Origin: Macrostomum lignano
Taxonomy: Eukaryota
Direction of reading: 5' to 3'
Assembly (NCBI GenBank): GCA_002269645.1
Contig: NIVC01001247.1
Coordinates: forward strand, 300,944 to 364,943
Length of the DNA stretch: 64,000 nt
Part shown: piece by piece, positions 1 to 10,880 of the stretch
How positions within the stretch are numbered: position 1 is the stretch's first letter
Layout of the letters: every line of letters starts with the position of its first letter
The notes under the pieces: generated by a model
Databases searched by the model: none
Told to the model about the DNA's origin: nothing
The model's input: the letters and a program-made list of their open reading frames with translations, nothing else
Program-made: the position numbers and the translations under genes

Positions 1-149
1 CTGTCGCAGCAGTCCCAGTCTTTGTTGTTTACTCTGCGGTCCCACAGACCCTGCAGCTGTCTCAGCAGCTCACCCCGTGCCGCAGTACCACCCCACCCTA
101 GCAACTACAGTCTAGCCTAGACGGTCAGAAATTAATTAAAACTTACCAT
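1..149 (-). CDS. Putative 5' end of a gene divergent from the PC4-like ORF (runs off the window start)
   Basis: Minus strand ATG|GTAAGT at 149-141. A CTGTAG acceptor ends at 105 (42-nt intron). The frame MLLGWGGTAARGELLRQLQGLWDRRVNNKDWDCCD stays open to position 1. TATA-like TATATATAC near 277-285. Confidence 0.35.
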
Positions 150-393
150 AAAGACGTTGCCTCTTGTCAGCCAGGAAAGCAGTTGCTGCGGCGCTGCGTT
201 TAGCCATTTTGCAAACAGAGAGCGTGAGAGAGCGGAGAGAGAAGGATTATCTCTCTACCCTGGCTCTGGGGGTCTGTATATATACTAAAAAATCTGCTCA
301 GCTCGCCTGCTATTGGTCAAATCGCCAAAAACCAACCAAAATCATCAAAAATCACCCCCAAAATCACCACCCACCCCACCCTCCATCCGGGGG

Positions 394-400
394 TATATAA
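394..400 (+). promoter_or_regulatory. TATA box of the 450-947 ORF
   Basis: GGGTATATAAGGCG about 55 bp upstream of the ATG at 450. Confidence 0.6.
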
Positions 401-449
401 GGCGCTGCACGGCTGTCAGAGAGCTCTCTGCTGCTGCTGCTGCTAAATC

Positions 450-947
450 ATGTCTTCTATCTCTCTATACGAAAACTTTGTGGCGCGGAAGCCCACATTT
501 GAAACTGAGCACAACTTGATTGAAATTCGGCGTCTCTACACCAACGAGGCTGGAGTGTGGAAGGACGGCTTCCCTGCAATCTACTTGGCCGAGCCAGAGT
601 GGAAGAAGCTCGAAGCTGCGCGCCCTGACCTGGAGGCTGCTGCCCGCCTTCACGTGAACAAGCGGGTCCTGTTGGGCAATTTCAAGGCAGTTGAAGCTTC
701 GCGAGGGAGGATCCGTTTGCTGCGCAATTGGCTCAATCAGGACCCAAAGTTTAATTGGCGCTACACGATCGAATTCACGCCTGAACTGTGGCGCAGGATG
801 TTTGCCGCCCGTTTGGACAAGCTCTTCAAGCCGGCACCTGAGGCACCCCCTCCAGCCAAGCGAGTCAAGACAGAGGACAATCTGCAGGACTGCCTTGACA
901 GCATCAAACCCTACCCTTGGGGAAATCTGTTTGACGAGGGTTGCTAA
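450..947 (+). CDS. PC4/Sub1-like ssDNA-binding-fold protein with two tandem PC4-like domains and a basic NLS-like tail
   Basis: LIEIRRLYTNEAGVWKDGFPAIYLAEPEWKKLEAARPDL follows the PC4 pattern (human [39 protein letters not shown]). A weaker second copy reads RIRLLRNWLNQDPKFNWRYTIEFTPELWRRM. PPPAKRVK near the C-terminus. ATG in AAATCATG context after a TATA box. Confidence 0.65.
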   Translation: MSSISLYENFVARKPTFETEHNLIEIRRLYTNEAGVWKDGFPAIYLAEPEWKKLEAARPDLEAAARLHVNKRVLLGNFKAVEASRGRIRLLRNWLNQDPKFNWRYTIEFTPELWRRMFAARLDKLFKPAPEAPPPAKRVKTEDNLQDCLDSIKPYPWGNLFDEGC

Positions 948-1132
948 TTGAGGCGTGCCGCATCCGTACAGCGCGAACCCGATTTTTGGTAAGCTTAATT
1001 TCATATAAATCGTATATAAATTACATATAATCTGTCTACATTGAATATTTTTTACTTTGACAGATGTTTCGAGAGCGCTGATGAGGAGGAGACTGCCCTG
1101 GCTGAAGATCGCGCTCGAGTTTGACTGATAAG

Positions 1133-1500
1133 GGAATTTCTCTTTGTACTCTGTTACTCTCTGCCTGCACTGTACTTGGGCCTCGCAACACACTGGGGGG
1201 ATCCCTCAACTTGGAGAGCTACCCTCTGGGGATCCACTAAAACCCTCATTTGGGGTGGGAGGTGCTGTAAAGTTTGACTGGAATTCTCTTTGTATGCGGT
1301 CTGTTACTCTACCTCCACTGTACATTGGGGCATCATTTGACACCTGGGAGCGCACTGTACTTGGGATCCCTCTTGAATATAACCCTATTTGTATGCAGTC
1401 TCTGCATGCACTGTACTTGGGATCCCCTTGAAAAAACCTTATTTAGGGCTTGGGGAGGAATGGAATTTCTCTCTGACCGCACTGTACTTGGGATCCCTCG
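1133..1500. repeat. Dispersed direct repeats CACTGTACTTGGG(ATCCC)
   Basis: Exact copies at 1168, 1353, 1409 and 1480, a variant at 1316, and a duplicated GGAATT..CTCTTTGTA..CTCTGTTACTCT block near 1133 and 1279. Confidence 0.85.
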
Positions 1501-2064
1501 GCCCTGGCTCTGGGGGCGTGTCTGTTTACTAGGGAGCCGGTTGCTTGTATTTTACACCTACATTATATGCTTAATTTGCATACATATGTTGTATATGTCA
1601 CAATTTTCCTGCATTATACTCAATTTGCAGTGTGTGTATTTTAGCCTATGCACTGAAATTTGTACCTGCGGGTTATTATGCAAAAATGTATTGTTTAAAA
1701 TGCGCCTACATTATATGCTATGTAATTTTCCTGTATTATACTCAATTTGCACCTACAGTGTGTGTATGTATGCACCTACATAATTGGAATCTAGAGTGTG
1801 TGCAATATACTGTGTGTATTTCCACCTATGTAGCGCCTACAGTACCTGCTTTGTCTATTTCTGTCAATATATTGATGCGCCTACATTGTGTGTATTTTGC
1901 TGCTCATATTCCTATTATGCTCCAATATGTACATTTTAATATGCATTATGCGTCATTATTCACACCTACCAATATGTTTTATCTACTTTTTATGTAAATA
2001 TACGCAATTTCATCTACTATAAGTAGTTTTCACTAGCCTAATATCGCTGACTAGATATCTGTGT

Positions 2065-2430
2065 ATGCATACATATCGGGAGAGTGGTAGAGTGTACACC
2101 CGTACTGGGGAGAGTGAACACTCGGGGTGCCTGCGGCTCGGGAGAGTGTACACTCGGGGCGCCAGCGGCATGGGAGAGTGTACACTCGGGGTGCTTGCGG
2201 CATGGGGCGCCTGCAGCATGGGCGCCTGCTGCTCTGGAGGGAGGGTGCGCCTGCGGCATACATACCGGGAGGGAGGGCATACATATCGGGGTACATATCG
2301 GGAGGGTGCGCCTGCGGCATGGGCGCCTGCGGGATACATATCGGTACATATCGGGAGGGTGCGCCTGCGGCATGGGCGCCTGATTGGCGCTTGGCGCCAC
2401 GCGCCTGCGGCGCGCGCGCCAGCCAATGAG
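2065..2430. repeat. GC/CpG-rich modular repeat region with palindromic units
   Basis: Palindrome GAGTGTACACTC is perfect at 2144 and 2176 and one mismatch off at 2090 and 2112. It is interleaved with GCGCCTGCGGCATGG and CATACATATCGG modules. ATTGGC...GCCAAT flank a GC-rich core at 2383-2427. Confidence 0.85.
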
Positions 2431-2534
2431 AGGCGAGGAGGGTTGACACCCACCCCACCTCCAAAAAGGGCGGATCTACCGTTGCTTAGTAGTGCTGTCT
2501 CTACTCATGGGGGTGCTGTCTTTATGGTAAGTTG

Positions 2535-3720
2535 TCTCTACTCATGGGGGTGCTGTCTTTGATCGGGTCGCTGTTTTGAATTGGGGTGCTGTCTTTGATC
2601 GGGTCGCTGTTTTGAATTGGGGTGCTTGCTGTCTTTGATCGGGTCGCTGTTTTGAATTGGGGTGCTGTCTTTGATCGGGTCGCTGTTTTAAATTGGGGTG
2701 CTTGCTGTCTTTGATCGGGTCGCTGTTTTGAATTGGGGTGCTGTCTTTGATCGGGTCGCTGTTTTGAATTGGGGTGCTGTCTTTGATCGGGTCGCTGTTT
2801 TGAATTGGGGTGCTGTCTTTGATCGGGTCGCTGTTTTGAATTGGGGTGTTGTCTTTGATAGGGTCGCTGTCTTAAATTGGGGTGTTGGCTTGATAGGGTC
2901 GCTGTCTTAAATTAGGGTGTTGGCTTGATAGGGTCCATGTCTTAAATTGGGGTGTTGGCTTGATAGGGTCGCTGTCTTAAATTGGGGTGTTGGCTTGATA
3001 GGGTCGCTGTCTTAAATTGGGGTGTTGTCTTTGATCGGGTCGCTGTTTTGAATTGGGGTGCTGTCTTTGATCGGGTCGCTGTTTTGAATTGGGGTGCTGT
3101 CTTTGATCGGGTCGCTGTTTTGAATTGGGGTGCTGTCTTTGATAGGGTCGCTGTCTTAAATTGGGGTGTTGGCTTGATAGGGTCGCTGTCTTATATTAGG
3201 GTGTTGTCTTTGATAGGGTCACTGTCTTAACTTGGGGTGTTGGCTTGATAGGGTCGCTGTCTTAAATTGGGGTGTTGGCTTGATAGGGTCGCTGTCTTAT
3301 ATTAGGGTGTTGTCTTTGATAGGGTCACTGTCTTAACTTGGGGTGTTGGCTTGATAGGGTCGCTGTCTTAAATTGGGGTGTTGGCTTGATAGGGTCGCTG
3401 TCTTATATTAGGGTGTCGTCTTTGATAGGGTCACTGTCTTAACTTGGGGTGTTGGCTTGATAGGGTCGCTGTCTTAAATTGGGGTGTTGGCTTGATAGGG
3501 TCGCTGTCTTAAATTGGGGTGTTGGCTTGATAGGGTCGCTGTCTTAAATTGGGGTGTTGGCTTGATAGGGTCGCTGTCTTAAATTGGGGTGTTGGCTTGA
3601 TAGGGTCGCTGTCTTAAATTGGGGTGTTGGCTTGATAGGGTCGCTGTCTTAAATTGGGGTGTTGTCTTTGATAGGGTCGCTGTCTTAAATTGGGGTGTTG
3701 GCTTGATAGGGTCGCTGTCT
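2535..3720. repeat. 35-36-bp minisatellite (dimer of 17-18-bp subunits)
   Basis: Units GGGGTGCTGTCTTTGATCGGGTCGCTGTTTTGAATT (36 bp) and GGGGTGTTGGCTTGATAGGGTCGCTGTCTTAAATT (35 bp); the two variants cluster in blocks. Confidence 0.95.
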
Positions 3721-4499
3721 TGGGATGCTGTTTTGATCGCTTTAGCATTGCGTGTACACATATTTTATCAGGCGGATATGCCAGCTGTTCATGATTGTAG
3801 CAGTTAACTATTGAGTCATTGCCCGCAGTACTATGAGAAAAAAGAACTACGAGTTTAAATGTACTGAAAGCACGGAAGGTGCATGCGTAGTATATAGGCA
3901 TCCTGCAGTTGGCTAAGGATGTCATCGATTTCATCGGGAGTCCTAAATTTCTAAGCTTGTAAGTGTATGAATTTTCCTCAAAAGCCCCCAAGCGCGTGAG
4001 GTTACGGGGTAGAGAGAATTCGTATCGATTTTTTGAGTCCTACTTAAAGCGAGAAGCAGGAGGCTTTTGCAGGTTTAAAAAATTGTAAGCAGTTGGATTT
4101 CAGAGGCGAAGTTAGAGAGCGCATTAAGATTTTGGATGCTGGATATAGGCTCTTAGTGAGCAATTAGTGAGGCTGAAACACGACATGAGCCTAGAGTTGT
4201 GACTCAAGCGAGGCTCAAATTCCATCTGCAATTGTAATAGGCTTAACAACAACAAAACTGTATACGAGCTAGTAGACTACGTATTGACTGTACTGTAATT
4301 AAAATTAATAAAGGAGCAATTAAACAGCAGGCATGAGGCATCTCAATTAGAATATTACATGTACCTACATGAATTTTTTTAAAACAAATTCACTATATGG
4401 CGTCTTAATAGACATGAATCAATAGCTATGACAGGTATAGATAATAAGAGATATGTAGACAGGTAGACAGAACACAAATTGACAGGTAGACAGTAAGCA

Positions 4500-5095
4500 G
4501 TTGTCTGTCTTGATCTGTCTTGTCTTGATCTTGTCTGTCTAGACAAGTAGACAGAAGACAGGTAGACAGAATACAGGCAGACGGAAGAAAGGTAGACAGG
4601 TAGACAGAAGACAGGTATACAGAATACAGGCAGACGGAAGAAAGGTAGACAGGTAGACAGAAGACAGGTAGACAGAAGACAGGTAGGCAGGTAAACAGAA
4701 GACAGGCAGACAGAAGACAGGTAAACAGGTAGACAGAAGACAGGTAGACAGAAGACAGGTAAACAGGTAGACAGAAGACAGGTAGACAGAAGACAGGTAG
4801 ACAGAAGACAGGTAGATAGAAGACAGGTAGACAGGTAGACAGAAGACAGGTAGACAGAATACAGGCAGACGGAAGAAAGGTAGACAGGTAGACAGAAGAC
4901 AGGTAGACAAAAGACAGGTAGACAGAAGACAGGTAGACAAAAGACAGGTAGACAGAAGACAGGTAGACAGAAGACAGGTAGACAGAATATAGGTAAACAG
5001 GTAAACAGACGACATGTAGACAGAAGGCAGGTCGACAGGTAGACAGACGACAGGTAGACAGAAGGCAGGTCGACAGTAGACAAGTAGACAGTAGG
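4500..5095. repeat. GACAG-rich minisatellite
   Basis: Tandem GACAGGTAGACAGAA and variants. Confidence 0.95.
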
Positions 5096-5469
5096 CAAAC
5101 CGACCTAAAAGTACACTGCAGGTGCTCACAAAGTCAATGAAATTCGAATTTTAGAGTTATTGAGCACGAATGAGAGTAGCGTGGATTGATTGGATATATT
5201 GGGAACACGGAAGCATGGGAAACAACGCGACTGGTGGAGAGCGCGCTTCGCGCAAGTTCGTGACTTTTCTACCATTCTTAGCCATGCACGAATCATTTCG
5301 ACTAACATTGAAAATGCGATCTAATTCCAAATTTATCATTAATATTCATTTATTAAATTTACGATATAACACTGCAAAACAACAACTCTCGTTCATACAA
5401 GCTACAAAAAAGGGACCAAATAATGTTAAGTTATAACAAATTGAAATTAAGAATTATACACGCTATTGC

Positions 5470-5665
5470 AAAAAAGGGGTGTCAGGATTAGCCCAAAAGG
5501 GGTGTCAGGATTAGCCAAAAAGGGGTGTTAGGATTAGCCAAAAAGGGGTGTCAGGATCAGCCAAAAAGGGGTGTCAGGATTAACCAAAAAGGGGTGTCAG
5601 GATTAGCCAAAAAGGGGTGTCACGATTAGCCAAAAAGAGAGAGAAGAGGGTGTCAGGATTAGCCT
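5470..5665. repeat. 21-bp minisatellite
   Basis: About 8 copies of AAAAGGGGTGTCAGGATTAGCC-like units. Confidence 0.95.
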
Positions 5666-6799
5666 AAATTAGTTAATTAGAAGCGAGTAACAACTAACAA
5701 GCAGGGCATAAAGTCGTTCTGTCTATAGGCAGGACAAAAATTGTTGGGGCAACCCGCACTCACGGTACGACACTAGACTAGGTGTTATAATTTATAAATA
5801 ATAGCGCACAACAGTAGCTTATAGAAGGAAAAAATTATAAAATAGGAAAAATATAAAAGCGATCCAGCATCCTGCTTTTATTAAGTCGCTTTCCAACCCA
5901 ATTTGACATACACAATTTACGATTAACTGTAATATTTTAGTTATTGTATAGGAAATCTTCTTTGTTAGGAGAGAGGAGAGACTTTGAAAAGCATTTTATA
6001 GCATACTTGCAATGTAGACGTGTAAGTGTAAGGATATTTTCTAAGCACACAAAAAGAGTACGAGCCTTAATTACAGGGTATATGATACGAACCTTTTATA
6101 TTGAGCCTTCCTTACATATTGACAGAACTTTATCAATGGATTAGCTGCTGCGTCGCAGGCTATTAAAATTCAAATGAGTTTAACTTTTTTACTAATTATC
6201 CTCCGGACTTTAAAACAGCCGTAAATGTACATCCCTAATAGATTTACATTTGTACTAAGATAGCGAAAATGATTTTCTACCCCGTCTCCTTTCCCCAAGC
6301 CACCCACCCCATTTCCTCGAGAGCTATTTTTAGATCAATATTGTACATTCCCCTATGTACATACGTTTAACTGTCTTCCCTCCGCTTAAACTTGTGCCCG
6401 AAAATGTACACCACTGCAAGAGAATAAATCGATTTTTTCTACCCCTAAACAAGCCCACACTAGAACCTCGGCCATTCTTTCCACTAAGCGCTAAAATCAA
6501 TATTTTCCACAGATTAAATTCTACTGTATAGCGGAAATCTAAAAAGTACATCTAGTCAGTTTCGCTTAACTTCCCAGTGGAGCAATTCATATACGCCCCA
6601 CTATACATTTTATCCTACGCCCCTTCGATGCGCGTCTAGCGCCCTGGCGCACAATTTGTCCAGTCAGGGCAACTACGTTTACCCTGCGCCCTTTCGACAG
6701 TCGAATAAATAATAACGGGATATCCTATTTATTCTACTTATAGTAGGAAGTAAGTAAATACCGGTATATGTATTCACGGGCCATACTAATGGATCCCAG

Positions 6800-6892
6800 C
6801 CTGCACCCTGCTGCTCCCCCGCCCTGTTGCTCCCCCGCCCTGCTGCTCCCCGCCCTGCTGCTCCCCCGCCCTGCTGCTCCCCGCCCTGCTGC
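6800..6892. repeat. 15-16-bp GC-rich tandem repeat
   Basis: Five to six copies of CCGCCCTGCTGCTCC(C). Confidence 0.9.
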
Positions 6893-7355
6893 TTCAAATG
6901 AATTTTTATTTTAATGTTAACTGCAGCCTACAATTTCCTAAGATTCAAAGATAGTCATTATTAGAAAATCAGGTATAATATCAGAAATATAAAATGGACA
7001 ATCGCTTTATTTTCCATACTGGAAACACTGCCACGATTCATGGTTAAGTAATACGTAAATTTGTATTCACCTAATTTGTAAACGGAATTGTAGTTTTGCG
7101 ATTTAAATCTGATATCATTTTGATATCTTACAGTTACAGTTACATTTTCTAAAGTGACTGCTCATAATTAATAAAACTGAAAAGGGCTATGCTCCGTTAA
7201 TAACATCAAGGAGCTAAGCTAAGAAGGTAGCGCATTTTAAAATGATTATTAAGATTAGCATCAGATTTTAATGTTGAATAATGATATAAATAGAACACAG
7301 ATGCCAAAAACGCATATTTAAATGTTACTATCTACCAATCCATATCAAAGCGAAG

Positions 7356-7905
7356 CAGGGGCGTAGCCAGGAATTTTGATTGGGGGGGGCCGTGAGTTAG
7401 GGGGCGCCAGCTTCTTATAGGGGGGCGCCAGTTTCTTTTAGGGGGGAGCGCCAGTTTCTTATAGGGGGGGGCGCCAGTTTCTTTTAGGGGGGCGCCAGTT
7501 TCTTATAGGGGGGGGGGCGCCAGTTTCTTATAGGGGGGGCGCCAGTTTCTTTTAGGGGGGCGCCAGTTTCTTTTAGGGGGGCGCCAGTTTCTTTTAGGGG
7601 GCGCCAGTTTCTTATAGGGGGGCGCCAGTTTCTTTTAGGGGGGGGCGCCAGTTTCTTTTAGAGGGGGGCGCCAGTTTCTTTTAGAGGGGGAGCGCCAGTT
7701 TCTTTTAGAGGGGGGCGCCAGTTTCTTTTAGGGGGGGGCGCCAGTTTCTTTTAGGGGGGGTGCCAGTTTCTTTTAGAGGGGGGGGGGCGCCAGTTTCTTT
7801 TAGGGGGGGGGGCGCCAGTTTCTTTTAGGGGGGGGGCGCCAAGGCCAGAGTTGGTGATTGGGGGGGGGCCACGGCCCCCTTGCCCCCCCTCTGACTACGC
7901 CCCTG
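7356..7905. mobile_element. hAT-type MITE containing an internal ~22-bp minisatellite
   Basis: TIRs CAGGGGCGTAGCCAG and CTGACTACGCCCCTG (14/15 match). Perfect 8-bp TSD AAGCGAAG at 7348-7355 and 7906-7913. Interior is tandem GGGGGGCGCCAGTTTCTTTTA. Confidence 0.9.
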
Positions 7906-7948
7906 AAGCGAAGTGAAATTAAGGACAAAACATTATCTAACCCTGCTT

Positions 7949-10880
7949 TCACAGTCGAAACAATTTCTGTCTATTTCCTCTTAATTCATCCATCAAATTT
8001 TCTGCATCACTGTCGCTAGAGCTAGTGCAATTCTGGTCATCGTCCGGGACATTGTCGGCCTGCTGGGAATAGGCGAAGCGTTCAATCGACTGACGCTGAT
8101 TCTTCTGTGACCCATGCCCACCTGCACCACATGCTGAACGCTTTCTGCTGTCCACCGGTGCTGCAGTTGCGCTGGACGCCTGGTGAGCAGTGGCGTGGAT
8201 CCGATGTCGAGTTGGGGTTGCTGGTGTAGTGGCTGTAGCAGATACGGGATGCGATGAAAATGCACCAGCAGCTGGTGTCATTACCGTTGAAGCTGGAGAG
8301 ACATATGCCGCTGCAGCCGCTGTAGATGTGCCCGCTGGGTCTCTGGCCAGGCTTGCTCGGTGACGCCGCTTTTTTAAACGGTCCGTACCGCGGTGCAACA
8401 GGTCTTTGCATATATCATGCACCTTAGCCGGTGTTGGCTTGGCTTCGTCCAAAGCATATAAGCTCGTGATGGCATCTGCGTGTGTTATAGTTTTATAGAT
8501 AGATTTAGGAAAAATTCCAACTCTTAAGGTATTAGATAATATTACATTTCTACTAACAGTAGCTGATTTAGGAGTCAGTTCATGTTTAAGTTTATTTTTC
8601 AGATTTACGAAAATTTGCAGCATGAAAATTCTGCGAAGTTATTTAAGAATTATTTGAATGCCGCTTGAGTGGTCTCATAAAGCTCATGATATTGCATAAT
8701 GAAATGATTCTCACCTTGAAAATAATTCAGGAGTATTACTTTAAAGCCCAGATGCTGATCAGTCAAAGCTGTGTTAGCTCCTGCCAGACGAGCTCGACTC
8801 TGCATATCTCTTCCGTTGAAGTTGACAGCTGCCTGTAGGTCGGGAGTCAAACAGGAGTCCATCATCGTCCGAACTGTCTCTGACACTGTCGACCGCTTAG
8901 CGAGAAGAAGCAGAGTTTTCTATAATGACAGAAACAACGGATATGGTTGACAAGTAATAGTTGAATCCGTGATTATCTGAGATTGTGTTGTCACTTGTCG
9001 TCAGGGAGAGTGCAAAGAGAATGAAACAGACGAGTCTAACATAGAGGGGTGCAGAAATTGAAAAAAATGAGACAAAAATACGATAATTTAGCTAAATTGA
9101 GGTTGAGATTAAAATGAGGTAATTAATACGCTCGTAGAGGGGTGATATAAATATTGAGGACTAAACTTGAGTCTAAGATTAAAATCTGCTTGAAATATCT
9201 GGCTCAAAACTTACCATTTCTGAAAGCATCTCTGTTGGCTGCAACTCAACGAACTCCACATACGCTTGCCAGCTACTGATGGGCCAGAACTGTGGTGAAC
9301 GTGGACCGGTGCTGTCGACTGACGGTGCAGGTGCAGCTCTGCGCGAATTGACGCCAGTTCTTCTAGGCAGCGCTTTTGTTGGGCTTCCAATTTACTGTTT
9401 TTCACCATTTGTTCGCGGAGAAGTGACAGCTGCACGAAGAGGATTCCACGAATACTTTCTAAAGGAAAGTCGACCACCGACTGAATCTGCCGCTGAAGCA
9501 CGTGTACCGGACTTGGCCCGAAGCCAAATACTGAAGGCTTTGGGACAGCTGAGATGTCTGCGGCTGCTGCCTCTTCGACCCATGGAGCCATCACTGCAGC
9601 TTCAATTATTGTGATTGCTTCCTCATCCGCTTCCACTTCCGCTGCCGCTTTCGCTTCCGCTGCCGCTTTCGCTTCCGCTGCCGCTTTCGCTTCCGCTGCC
9701 GCTTTTGCTTCCGCTGCCGCTTTCGCTTCCGCTGCCGCTTTCGCTTCCGCTGCCGCTTTCGCTTCCGCTGCCGCTTTTGCTTCCGCTGCCGCTTTCGCTT
9801 CCGCTGCCGCTTTCGCTTCCGCTGCCGCTTTCGCTTCCGCTGCCGCTTTTGCTTCCGCTGCCGCTTTCGCTTCCGCTGCCGCTTTCGCTTCCGCTGCCGC
9901 TTTCGCTTCCGCTGCCGCTTTCGCTTCCGCTGCCGCTTTCGCTTCCGCTGCCGCTTTTGCTTCCGCTGCCGCTTTCGCTTCCGCTTGCACTGCAGCGCTT
10001 TCCAAAAGCTCCGTCTGATTTCCGCCTGATATCAAGTGTGCAGGCAGCGGGCACAGCGTCGCTAATGTCTCAGGCAGTTGTTGATTTGGTAGCTGAAGTT
10101 GCGGGCGCCGCTTCTCAGTCGATCGGCCGTCCCAGAAGTGATCTGTGTCGGACGCAGAGCCACTGGACAGGTTCTGTGAAAATATTTAATTTGGATTCTG
10201 GTCTAAGTACATTCAAAGTGTATAATCTTCTAGTCTAATTTGAATAAGCATAGTATTTCTCCTTCTTCTTCTCGAATTCATTTATCACTATTCACTGAGA
10301 CATTCAGAAACACGAAGCTCACCCTTCCTTGATACAACCGACGGGCCTGGCGCTGATCGCTCTTGCAAAAAACTCGTGGAAGCACGAGAGCTAGAATATC
10401 CTTGAGCGTCTTTTTTTTCTTGATTAATTCTCGAGCAAATGCAAGGGCCGGTGAATCCAAAGAGTCGTCTAACACAACCTAAAATGAAATATAATTAGGT
10501 CTATAATGCGTGTATAAATGAGCTCAATTACTGAACTTCAGCGACAGCTAGTAGTTAATGTCTGTACGCGCAGCAATTTGGTGAATTTTATTTTTTCAAA
10601 TCGGCCCTAATCTCAATGGCAGTCGTAATTAAATCAATAATTCGTTGATAACTTAAGCTTGTAACTATATAAAGTTATAAACAAAAAAGCTCACCTGGAC
10701 AATAATTGCAGCAAAGTGCTGCCCTTCGTAGAGTGCCTTGCAGAACCATTTCTCAGTGCTATCTTTCAAAGCAAGCCACTCTGAGTCTGTCAAGTTTTCC
10801 AACTCTTCCGGGAGAATCAGATGCTCTTTGTTTGCCTCAACAACCTGTCTATCAGCTTTGAAAATTACAATAAACTTCAT
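7949..10880 (-). CDS. DUF4806-like protein (second gene of a CACTA/EnSpm-like element), 5 exons, one frameshift as sequenced
   Basis: Exons 10880-10695, 10478-10323, 10173-9215, 8919-8715 and 8475-7949, all GT-AG. Phases are compatible only if one base is restored near 9337, giving ...APAPSVDSTGPRSPQFWPISSWQAYVEFVEL...EM|KTLLLLAKRSTVSETVRTMMDSCLTPDLQAAVNFNG...|DAITSLY...DICKDLLHRGTDRLKKRR. This matches the layout of DUF4806 proteins as I recall it. Confidence 0.65.
9640..9985 (-). repeat. 18-bp coding tandem repeat encoding (AEAKAA)n
   Basis: About 19 copies of GCCGCTTTCGCTTCCGCT on the + strand, in frame in exon 3 of the DUF4806-like gene. Confidence 0.95.

Noticed and set aside
465-1193. 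242-aa minus-strand ORF
   Set aside because: Antisense shadow of the PC4-like ORF running into AT-rich sequence; no motif.
140-2533. Exact 16-bp inverted repeat AACTTACCATAAAGAC (140-155) / GTCTTTATGGTAAGTT (2518-2533) as TIRs
   Set aside because: No TSD and no extension on either side. Six of the bases belong to the neighbouring minisatellite unit, and the left copy is explained as ATG plus a splice donor.
2010-2562. Overlapping ORFs in all six frames
   Set aside because: Produced by GC-rich repeats lacking stop codons.
2535-3720. Minisatellite as a CRISPR-like array
   Set aside because: Units are contiguous with no unique spacers, and the context is eukaryotic.
3830-3945. RSTMRKKNYEFKCTESTEGACVV resembling a nuclear-receptor second zinc finger
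   Set aside because: Flanked by stops, with no P-box and no CxxCR..KC; resemblance is too weak.
4379-5129. Long CLPVF/LSSVY ORFs
   Set aside because: Translations of the GACAG minisatellite.
9554-10238. Alternative-frame ORFs (SAAAF, LPLP, GSES repeats)
   Set aside because: Shadows of the 18-bp repeat; only the AEAKAA frame joins the splice sites.
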